DNA of 64,000 bases from Felis catus. Lineage: Eukaryota. Below the pieces are notes generated by a model. It ran no database searches. It worked only from the letters and a program-made list of their open reading frames with translations, and was not told the origin of the DNA. Location of the stretch: the NCBI RefSeq assembly GCF_018350175.1, contig NC_058368.1, positions 7,564,001 through 7,628,000 of the forward strand, written 5' to 3'. The stretch's first letter is position 1. Every line of letters starts with the position of its first letter. This document shows positions 23,380 to 33,959 of this stretch, piece by piece. The translations under genes and the position numbers were made by a program.

Positions 23380-25400
23380 GCCAGAGCCGCGGCGGGGCGG
23401 GCGCTGCTTCTGTGGGGCGGCTACTGTGTGCACGCTCGACCTTTGCCACTTGAGCCGCAGGAGGATGTGGTTTGCAAAGAACGTGGCCCAAGCGTCCTTC
23501 TTCCAGTGTCCTGACTTACCAAACGTACTCCAAAGCGCAAGTCCCATCTCCCATTTTCAAAGAAACACCAGAGGAAGGGGACTCGGCTTGGGAGGGGAGG
23601 GGATGATCAGGTGTCGGAAAACCACAGGCAGGGCGCCTCCACCGCTATTAATATTAACTTTTATTAAGACTTGGCCTTTCTCTCCCCGGGGCTTCACAAA
23701 GCAGGAAGTCAAGTGCAGGGAAGGGAATTGGCAGGGAGAGAAAACCTCTAGTAAATTATTTAGCTGTGAGACGAGATTAAGAATGATCCCGCCTCCACCC
23801 CTCCCCCACACTTCCCAAAGTGGGCCCAGGGTGGGGATCAGCCCTCAAACCGCCACTAATCATTTAAGCTGGAAAATTCTCCGGAGTCTGGTGAGGGGCA
23901 AACCTGTTTGGAGGAGACTGTTCCCTGCCGGGAGGAGCCGCGAGGGCGGCGGGCACCCAGGGGCCCCAAGCCGGCTCTAGGGAGGTGGCCTCTCCCCAGG
24001 TGGCAGGCCGCAGCTTTGGTGGCCGGGGGCGGGAGCGCGGGAGCGCAGCGGGGGGAAGGCGGGAAGGGGCAGGTTCGTTCGCACCCGAGGCTCGAGGCCA
24101 CACCCGCTGCGACAGACCCCGGACGCGATGCCCCCTGCCGGGAGGTCCGGGGAAACACCGATGCTGGCGCGGAGGGTCGCTCCTGCCGCAGCTCGGCCCT
24201 CCCGCTCCCCGCCCCCTACGGCCCGGCGCTCGCCTGCGTTGCCGGGACAACAGCGCCGCCTGCCGGGCACTCGCGCCAGCTCGGCCGCGACGCTAGCGGG
24301 ACGCGGGCTGGGCCGCGGGGCGGGGACGCTCGGACTGGCGCTGAGCACGCCAACGCTCCCGTCGTCCGGTTCAAAATATCGTCCCTCCGGCCTGGCTGCC
24401 GCCGCAGCCGCCCCCCATCCCCGTCCCCCGGGCTGCTCGGCTGAGCCCTGGGAAGCGACTCTCGAGCTCCCGGCTGGCTGGGGTCCCGGCAGCGCCGGCG
24501 GTCCCCGTTCCCGGTACCGCCCCCGCCAAAGCGCTACGCCCCCTGAAGAAGCGCGGTACGTTCAACTAATAAGCACAAGCAACGGCTGAAGCCAAACGGT
24601 CGCAAAGAAGGAAAAGAAAGTCAGGGCCCCTGGGTGGCTCAGTCGGTTAAGCTTCCGCCTTGGGCTCAGGTCCTGATCTCCCGTTTGCAAGTTCAAGCCC
24701 CGCGTGCGGCTCTGTGCTGACAACTCAGAGCCCGGAGCCTGCTCCGGATTCCGTGTCGCCCTCTCTCTGCTCTCCCCCCCTGCTTGCGCTGTCGCTGCTT
24801 CTCAAAAATAGACGCTAAACATTTTTTTTTTTTTAATTAAAAGAAGGAAAAGAGAGCGCCTGCAGTCTCGAAAGCGCGACTTCCAGGGTGGCGCGGAGGT
24901 GTCCCCTGGGCTTCTCGGCGAGCTGGCACCTGGCTGGCCCTCCAGCTGCGCTCCCACGCGGGGGGGAGGTGGCGTGGCGGAGGAAGCTGGGGACCCCCTG
25001 GGCCACCGCGGAGACCCAGCGAGGGCGAGCGGCCGGCCGGTCTGACCCCTGGCGACCCCCGGCGCAGCCTTCCAGCCCTGCGGGTGAAGAGGCGGCCACC
25101 GGCGCCCGGGGGCGGGAGAGACGCGCCACCTGCGCCCCGAGGAGCGCTGAGAACTCGAGGAGGCACGTGTCGCTTGGGCTGCGGCTTCTCAGGGCCTTGG
25201 GGACGGTTCGGCAGCACGAACCCCCCCCCCCCCCCCCCCGGGGAGGCTGGATTGGACGCTGACGCTTGCATCCAGGCTGCAGGGGAAGGGGTGAGGCCGC
25301 TGCCACCTGAGGGTCTATCTTCCCTGGTGGCTGGGGCCGCGCGCAGATGCCTTGACGCCAGGCGGAATGCTTCCCCCTAGCCTCTTTTGGATAACTCTTT
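23380..25400. other. Orphan CpG island
   Basis: GC- and CpG-dense; no recognisable coding sequence. Confidence 0.8.
24623..24840 (+). mobile_element. CAN-SINE inserted inside the CpG island
   Basis: SINE head and tail; flanking aaagaaggaaaaga repeat. Confidence 0.85.
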
Positions 25401-25810
25401 CTGTTTGGGCCTGAGCGAAGTTTTCTTCCATTTTTCTGTCTAAAACAAAGACTCAAATCCAGACGGTTTCTCTGGGGTAGAGGTGGGCGTTCCCGCTAAG
25501 GGAACAGCTTGCTTCTCGTCGGTTGTGCCTGGCTTTAGGTTTGCAAAAGCGGCGCCCAGCTAGCTTTACTCGGGAATACCAAGCGCATCTAGAAACCTAA
25601 CTCACGTCCAGGCTTCAAGACGGCACGATCGTTTGGTCATTTCATTCACTTGGTCATCTGGGCTTTTAGTTCTCGGTTCTGCCCAAGGGTCCACCCAAGA
25701 GTCGCAATGAGAACTAAGTGTGAGTTGCGTGACTCTAGCCCTAGAAAGGAGAAATAAATGTTGCTGGTTGGCTTTCTGTGGGCCTAAGATCATGACCGAG
25801 AGTGACGTTT

Positions 25811-26389
25811 TGGGGCGCTTGGGTGGCTCAAGTCGGTTAAGCATCTGACTTGACTTGACTTCTCAGGTTATGTCCAGCCTGGGGTAAGGCCCTCTTCTCT
25901 CTCCCTCTCTCTTTCTCTCTCTGCCCCTTGCTCACCTGCATCCCCTCCTCTCAAAAAAATAATAATCAAGAATGTTATTCTGGGGCCGCCTGGGTGGCTC
26001 AGTCCAGTGAAACATCTGAGTGTTTCGGCTCAGCGCATGATCGTCCGGTTGGTGGGTTCGAGCCCCGCCTCCGGCTCTGCACTGACAGGGAGGAGCCTGG
26101 TTGGGATTCTCTCTTTCTCTCTCTCTCAAAAATAAATAAACTTTTTTTTTTTTTAAAGAATGTCATTCTGAATCTTTTTTTTTTTTCAACGTTTATTTAT
26201 TTCTGGGACAGAGAGAGACAGAGCATGAACGGGGAAGGGGCAGAGAGAGAGGGAGACACAGAATCGGAAACAGGCTCCAGGCTCTGAGCCATCAGCCCAG
26301 AGCCTGATGCGGGGCTTGAACTCACGGACCGCGAGATCGTGACCTGGCTGAAGTCGGACGCTTAACCGACTGCGCCACCCAGGCGCCCC
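25811..26389. mobile_element. SINE cluster (25811-25960 plus, 25982-26155 plus, 26176-26389 minus and young)
   Basis: TSD tgtcattctgaatct at 26161-26175 and 26390-26404. Confidence 0.9.
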
Positions 26390-27457
26390 TGTCATTCTGA
26401 ATCTAATGTGTGTAACAATGCGTCGCTAGCAGATGTCCAAGTACTAAGGTGGCTATGTCAGATTTGCAGAAATGATGAGAATTGTAACAGGAAAAAATGA
26501 AAAGAATCAAAGGAATTTGGATTTCTGAAATTTGAATTTTTTTTCATTGAAGTGGTTTGACGAAAACCCCAAAATAGAAGCAAATAAATAAATAAATAAA
26601 TAAAGTGGTTTCAGGGGGGGAAATGTTTTTATTTTACGGATGTGGATTCCAGACATGCACACAGCCTTTCTTTTGATTCTTCCCACACGCTTCTATATTA
26701 CGGTTTATTGGCCAATGGTCTCCAAGTCTTGCTTAATTATGTCTGTCTTCTATTTGTTTCTAGCAACGTACATCATTCTACCTAGAAGGCAGGAGTGGGG
26801 GAACTGAAAATAGAATGTAATCCTGTGGCGTTTTTGGTGTGGTTTTTGTTTCTGATACGTTAGATACACAGAGCGAAAGAACAATGCCCGAAGTGTCTTC
26901 CAGGAATAAAAGACAGAGGCTGCCCGGGTCATTTTTAACAACTAATGTGTGGTTTAGGTACTTAATCTTTGTCACTTATTCCACTAATCGCCAATAAATT
27001 AAAATTCTTTAAGTGCCACCCAACAGGCCACTGTATGTTTGTACTAGTGACTAGCTCCTGCATTGGTTTTCATTGTTTGCTTTCCTGAGGTTGGAGAGAA
27101 ATTTCTCAACTATCACTTGCATAAAACCTGTCATTGTCATACTACAGCTACAATGCGTTATGATAGCAAACTGTCAATCCTGAAAGTTCTGATAACACAT
27201 AAACAATTAGAAAAGACTTCCTTTCCTAGAAATCAAAACACAAATATTAAAATGCACGAAATGCCTGGGCTCCTACTTTACCAAAACAACATTGGGCACA
27301 GAAACCCAAGACATGACCTGAATATTATTTTTTTATGTGAATATGTACGTGTGGAGAGACTGGTTATCATTTAATATCAGGGAATTCTTCATTCCCTGAA
27401 CACAGGACTGTGGATTAGACAGACCTGTAGCACAGAATCGCCAGGATCCTACAGGGG

Positions 27458-27472
27458 AAAAGAAAGAAAGAG

Positions 27473-27507
<35 letters not shown>

Positions 27508-27553
27508 GAAAGAAAGAAAGAAGCAAAGAAACAAAGAAAGAAAGGAAGAAAGA
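27458..27553 (+). repeat. (AAAG)n microsatellite
   Basis: Direct reading. Confidence 0.95.
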
Positions 27554-28829
27554 ACCAACTGGTTATTTAACTTTATCATCATAGTAGCAATATCCCCTGA
27601 GGTTAATGACAAATTCCGAAATGGAAAAACTGTTGTTGAAACAAACGTAATGTTTCGGTGCTAGAGACCTACGAGCCCAAAGGTCATCTATGTGCTGGCC
27701 CTCACCCTGTCTAAACTGATTCTTCAAAGACTGATTCTTCGGAGAACAATGTCACGGTAAATGCTGGTATAATCTCCGGAACTGGGAGATTCTCCTTTCT
27801 TGGTTTGGAGTGTGAGAGGTTTTGTGTTGTTTACATCATGTTTCATACTCTTCGAGAAAACCTACCCCCGTATGCGCTGTATGTTAGCCAATTTGCCAAC
27901 AAAGCATCTTAAAAAATAAATTTCCGCATATAAAAAAAGAATGATAGAGGTTAGATGTTTGTGTGGTCTCGATGTTATTCAAGAAAACAATTGCTAATTT
28001 AAAATGTGAACAAGTTAATCTACATTATTTAGGTATGAATGTGTCCCGTATCTTCCACAAAACTAATGTAACACGAAACCTATTGCTGTGGTTTCAGTGT
28101 AAGGGGAAAATGTGCGCACTGGAGTCAAATGCTTGAAATTACTTCAAGGGATGAAATCAGCCTTAAAGAATTAAATCCACAGCAACTTTTTGGGGTGTCT
28201 CCCAGAAGAGTACAGAATGGACATTGAGATATTGGAAGGGAAGTTACTTCAAACTAGAGAAACTTTCAATGCCATCTAATTAGAATACCTGCCTCTCTGC
28301 CCCTTTGGGGTTGAAAGCGTCCTGATCGATGTCCCTAACTACCTCCTCAACTAATCTGAGTCTCCTCATTACAACAAGAAGGGTTTGGGGATGTTTTTCC
28401 TGGTAGATGAAAAGTTAACTATGCACGGCAGTGAGATGTCTTCGTGTCTGGAACGTTAGTGCTTTGCCACTTGAGATTGTATGCAGGTGCCTAGGCAGTG
28501 GAAATCAAGAGACAAGGGACTGGGGGCTACTTGACAAAGTGAGTGAGACAATGAATTCGAAAAACTTCATGTGTGATTTCAGGAATCATCCCTGTTCACA
28601 GGTTCTCTGTAAGGATTCTTCCGCCGTTTACAAGAGATGGTTCATGATGCAGCTGTAGTTCTTGTCATTATTGGGGATTAATCCTACGTGTGTGCTGTAA
28701 ATTGCATTCCCTTACTTTTACCTTATTTGATTCCCCCATTAGTGGTGGAGATTTCCCCGAGGTCATTAAACTAGTAAATAGCAGCCCCTCTCTAAAACAA
28801 GGTGCAAACAATGCCCCTTAGATCTTAAG

Positions 28830-29350
28830 ATTTTTTTTTTTTTTCCTAAGTAAACTCTAGGCCCAATGGTCCAATGTGAGGCTTGAACTCACCACCGGGA
28901 GATCAAGAGTCACACGCTCTACCAACTGAGCCAGCCAGGCGCTCAGTGTAGTTGAAGTTCTTTACTTCTACTTGCTGCCTTCTCCTATTTTTTTCCCCCT
29001 GAGTGGCTGTGGATAACCACAGCAAGAATACTGCTCTTTATATAGATTTCCATTTAAGATTAGTTTTCTTGACTATTGTAGGACTCTTATAGATAATATC
29101 AGAAAGAAGTGAAACTGATTGAAATTTTCATTACTTTCATTAAGGGCCCATCTTGTTAGCTTTATGGGATGAATATGATAAAGCCATGAATTGTTCACAG
29201 AAGGGAAAAAAAGGACTCAAGCCGTCTTCTCTCCATATATGCTTTTTTTTTTAACTTTTTTTTTCTTTAAATTTTAAGTAGGTTCCACTCCCAACATGGG
29301 GCTTGAACTCACGACCCTGAGATCAAGAGTCGCCTGAGCCAGCCTGGCCT
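28830..29350 (-). mobile_element. Two short tRNA-like SINEs (28830-28945, 29245-29350)
   Basis: gcttgaactcac...gagatcaagagtc motif. Confidence 0.8.
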
Positions 29351-29549
29351 CCCTATGTACGCCTTGTTTGGACAGGAGTTCCACAATACGGGTACATCCC
29401 CCCCCCCATATGTATCCTAAGTTCTCAGTCTTTCTATATATTAGTATCATATCCGTATTACTGTAATGTTTTTATTTTTTAAAAAATCTTGTGCAAGAAG
29501 ACCTTTTAGAAAGCCGAGTAGCTCCTTTCACCCAAATTTGGTTTTCTAG

Positions 29550-30860
29550 AACAGCTCAACCGGTTGAAGAATCTCCTGCGCCCGTCTGAGTTGCAACAGG
29601 CTCGCGGCCACGGTGGAGAAGCCTCGCAGCGCCCCAGATGGGGAGCAGCCGCGGTGGGACCGGCGCTGGAGCTTGCGACCGTCCAGCGGGCTCCGAACGA
29701 GTCCCCTTCCGGGTCCGCTCGGGACGCGGGGGAGGAGCGCGGGCGCGGATCCCCGCTCTTCCCAGAGCGCGCGCGCCCCCTGGCGGCCTGAGCTCCGGGA
29801 GGGCCGAGGAATCCGGAGGGAAGCGGAGTCATCCCGGTCCCAGAGCCGGAGGCCCTGGCAGCTGCGAGGCCGCCCTATCAAAAACACACCCGGGCGTCCC
29901 AGCGCCAACCGCCGCCCCCCCCCCCCCGCCTTCTCGGCGGCACTGCCCGCTCGCGCCAAGTCCCCGTGTTCCTCCCCCCCCCCCCCGGGTTTGCTCGAGG
30001 GGTGAGTCTCGGCGTCGCAGGCGCGGTGGCCTCGTCGGCACCCGGTGGGGGGCGGGGGCCTCCTGGCCCGCCCCCTCCCCGACCTGGGAGCCTGGCGGGC
30101 GGCTCGCAGCCCCGGGCCTGCATTTCAGAGAGCAGCCGAGCTCCCCTCTTCGCCCCGGATGCCTGGCGCGCGGGCCCGCGGCGGGCGTCAGTGCTGGGGG
30201 GCCGGACCCGGCGAGGGGAAGAACTTGTAATCGCTTGCCGCGGGACAATGCCGACTTTTGAACCTCTAACCACTAAGCAAACAACCCTTGTGCTCTCGCG
30301 GCACTGTCCAAACAGGGTTTATTGACAGGCGTTTCACAGCAACGCATAGCAACCGCGGCGGCGGCGGCGGGGGGCGGGTGGGCGCGGCCGGGTGCGGGTC
30401 CGCGCCCCCCTCCCCGCGGCCCCACTCCGCAGGAGGCGCCGGGGGAGGGGGCTCGCGGCGATCGCCCCCCCCCCCCCCCCCCCCCCCCGGCTCAAAGGAC
30501 CCCGCAGCCCGAGAGGCGGGCCGGGCTCTCTCCCTGCGGCTCCGAGCCGGGCGCCCGCGGGCCGGGCCGCCAGCGCCCCTTTCTCAATCCCCGAGCGAGC
30601 GGAATGCCACCCGGAAGGGCCGCGGAACCCGGGAGATGCTGCAGGCGGTATTTAGGTCTCGCCGCTCAGCTCTTCCTCCGCAGCCCTCGGGGCACCTCCT
30701 CCCTCGGCGGAGGGCCGCGATGAGGACCCGAAGGTGCCTGTGGGAAGACCGAAATCGAGAGCGAGGCCCTTCTCCCCAGGCCCTGCTCGCTGGCTTCCAG
30801 GACCCAAAAACCTCAGGGACAGCAGCCCGGTCCCCAGCGGGTCGGCCAGATAACAAGCAA
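29550..30860. other. CpG island at the CDX2 3' end
   Basis: GC- and CpG-dense, with several poly-C runs. Confidence 0.8.
30318..30323 (-). promoter_or_regulatory. Candidate distal poly(A) signal of CDX2 (AATAAA)
   Basis: First canonical AATAAA I find on the minus strand after the CDX2 stop; followed by GT-rich sequence (gggttgtttgcttagtggtt). Confidence 0.55.
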
Positions 30861-32487
30861 CCACCACTGAAAGGCTCTCCTTATACTGGTTCTTGAATTC
30901 TTTGTGGGGTAGGTGGGGGGGGGGGGGGGGGGGGGGGGAGGATTTCGCGAGAAAGGACAAGGGGTGGAGACAGGGCTCACAGAAATGCCCAGTGATTCAC
31001 AGAAGACTATATTCATGGAAACACCCCGGGAGAGCAGAAAATAAAGCCTTTTTACTTAATGCTTATGTTTAGCTGGATTGTGGGGCATCCCTGGGGTGAA
31101 GGGACTCACTGATGCAGGGAATGTCGGTAACTGCGTCAGTGCAGATTTGAGGAGCTGGTGTGAGAGGGGACGCTTACCCCCACCCCCCCACCCCCTAATT
31201 CCTGGCCGCTGGGAAGCAGCTGACCATTCAGATGTGCATTTTGCCCAAAGGCACCCCCAGGAGAACCACACATTCCACAATCCAAGGCTGGGCTCAGGCT
31301 TGGGGGCAGGGAAGGTCTCAAAACCTGCTCCCTCAGGCTTCTGATGCTCTGGGGTAAAAATGAGGTTGTTCAGATAACCTTCTCCACTCCCTGTCCGAGT
31401 TTTCCCACACGAGGTTGCAAGTAGACAAGGTATTTCATTTCTTAAAAAAAAAAATAAAAATAATAATTCTGGACAAAATCTGAAGACGATAAATACAGAA
31501 TCTGAAATCTGGAAAACTCATTTATCTCTCTCTCTTTTTTTCTTTTTAGAAAAAATTCAACTGTGTTCAAATACCCCCCACTTCCCTTCACCATACCACT
31601 TCTCTCCCCGTGGATCCAGAAGGCTTTTGAAATGCTGGCTTGGATGTTACCCAGACCAACAACCCAAACAGCAGCAACGACAACAAAAACTCCCCTTCTT
31701 CATCAGCCCCAAGATTGTGAAAATGACAGGAAGTCCAGCTCGGCTCTGGCATTTATAGCACTGACATACATTTAGCCCAGAGAAGCTCTGGTGACAGGCT
31801 TTCTAAACAAGGCCCTGTCCTGGGCCCTCTTGTCAGGCCTGGAGTCCAATAACCACGCCTCTCACACCATCCACTGGGCGCACACATCAGTCAAGCCTTT
31901 CCTGGTCTGGGAAGGGAAGAGAAGAAAGACAAGACCTGGGGGTTCTGCAGTCTTTGGTAGGTCCAGGTTCCTATCTTAGCCGCCTGTGACTTCTGCAGTC
32001 ACAGAATCTTGCCTGCCCTTGAGCAGGAGGGCCCAGCGGGCCCTCGGATGGCAGTGAGTAGGTGGCAGCCATCTTGGCTCCGAGCATTGGTGTTCCCCTG
32101 AGTCTTCTCCCCCCTCAACCAGAGGTGCCTCCTGTAGATTTGGGAAGCCAAGAGCTGGGGAGGTGGGGGCCGGAAGCCCGGTCTGTTTAGCCAGTCCAGG
32201 CAATGCTTCCCTGGCGGGACGAGATGAAGCCTCAGTGATCATATCCCATCTTCTTGCTGGCAGAAAGTCAGACCAGAAAAAGTCAAAATCTGGGAGAATG
32301 TCTTCCTTGAGGCCTCCAACCCAACCCCCCCTTGTCCTTACTCCTGGCCCCCATTCTTCCTCTGAGAGCTAGGTCAGTTGGTGTACATTTGTGGAGGGGA
32401 GGGGAGGGGTCTCTCCTGAGGATTCTAGCAGAGTCTGTGCTCCTCGTGGCTCGGCCCTCGTGCTCGGCCGCTGCAGGCGCCCGTAGG

Positions 32488-32742
32488 TCATTGGGTGACA
32501 GTGGGGTTTAACACCCCCGCGGCTGGCCCCAGAACCCCAGGGACAGAGCCGGGCACCGAGCCTTGCAGGGAAGACACAGGACTCAGGGGCTCCGGGACGC
32601 TTCTCAGAGGGCCTGGCGGCGGCTGGGGGGGCTGTGGTGCCGGCGGTGGGGGCTGCGGCTGCTGCTGCTGCTGCTGCTGCTGCAACTTCTTCTTGTTGAT
32701 TTTCCTTTCCTTCGCTCTGCGGTTCTGAAACCAAATTTTAAC
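32488..32742 (-). CDS. CDX2: CDX2 coding exon 3 (homeodomain helix 3, polyQ/Pro tract, stop)
   Basis: [21 protein letters not shown]8PQPPPP...VLNPTVTQ*; acceptor gtccag|GTT; the three exons total 942 nt = 313 aa + stop. Confidence 0.98.
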   Translation of the reverse strand, partial: VKIWFQNRRAKERKINKKKLQQQQQQQQPQPPPPAPQPPQPPPGPLRSVPEPLSPVSSLQGSVPGSVPGVLGPAAGVLNPTVTQ

Positions 32743-33589
32743 CTGGACGTGGAAAATGGAGGGGAAAACAGGGGGGTGAAGAAGACGATGCAAGGGGAAA
32801 ACGAATGGCCTTCAGCACCAGCATCTACCCCTCCAGTTAAAGAAGTGCCTTCTCTAAAGGACCCCCAAACCTTCTCCCAGACGTTCATTCGAGAGCCCCG
32901 TGACAGCCCCAGCCCTGGAGCCCTTCCCAAGCCCAGTACGGTCTCGGGAGAGAAGAGCCCCTCCCCTCCCTCCCTCCCTCCTCCCCCCCCCCTCCCCCCG
33001 CCTCGTTCACCAGGTTTCGTTCTAAAGCAACCTTTATCTACAACTTTACTGGAAAAGTTCAGAGTCTCAGAGCCAAGGGAAAGAAACTTTGCAAAGGCCT
33101 TTCTACAACAAGCAGGAGGAGGCCAGCATGGATGTGCTTCAAAATGACAACCTTTGGCCTCTCAAAGCTAAACTGAAATGGAATAGGCCTCACCTTCAAG
33201 CTGAGAATGAGATTTACTGTGGGGCTTCCCGGCTGCGGATGTGGCCTGTTTTGTTTATTTATTTATTTTTCTAGACCATATACAGTGTTCATGAGTCAAG
33301 CCTCGTTCTAGTTTTTACGGGTAGGGATTGGGGTCTTGTATTCATTTTTTCCCCCAGGCGCTGGGCTGGGCACAAAGCTAATAGGTCTTTAATGTAAGTC
33401 TTTTTTCACCCAAATAGAGATCTGGATTAAAGTACTGCTCCGTTCTTTGGGGTATTTTTTTTTTCTTTTTTGCACCTCCCGGGTGCCGGAAAGCGGGGAA
33501 ATTTTTCAACACCTGAAAAAGACAACTAGCGGTGGAAGGAACTTTTTCTAAACTCATTCAGGAGGAAATGCTCTCCATCCTCCTGATTT

Positions 33590-33700
33590 ATTTATTCATT
33601 TGTTTATTTAAGTAAGCTCTACGCCCAACACGGGGCTTGAACTCACAACCCGGACATCAAAAGTCGCGAGCTCTACAGACCGAGCCAGCCAGGCGCCCCT
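33590..33700 (-). mobile_element. Short SINE in CDX2 intron 2
   Basis: cggggcttgaactcacaacc...gagccagccaggcgcccc. Confidence 0.85.
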
Positions 33701-33813
33701 CTAACCTGTGCTTTAATCTGCCCACAGAACTAGGTGGCTTCCGGGGGCCCAGCTTCCAACTCTGCCCCCCCGGGGAACCCCACCAGCCCTGGAGGGAACA
33801 AGGCGGTTCGCAC

Positions 33814-33959
33814 CTGCCTCTCGGAGAGCCCCAGCGTGGCGGCCAGCTCGGCTTTCCTCCGGATGGTGATGTAACGACTGTAGTGAAACTCCTTCTCCAG
33901 CTCCAGCCTCTGGTGGTCCGTATACACCACTCGGTATTTGTCTTTCGTCCTGGTTTTCA
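33814..33959 (-). CDS. CDX2: CDX2 coding exon 2 (146 nt; homeodomain N-terminal part)
   Basis: [49 protein letters not shown]; acceptor ttcctccacag|TG, donor CAG|gtgcga; phases match exons 1 and 3. Confidence 0.98.

Noticed and set aside
27377..27399. 9-bp-arm hairpin TCAGGGAAT-N5-ATTCCCTGA
   Set aside because: Plausible by chance in 64 kb; no supporting context
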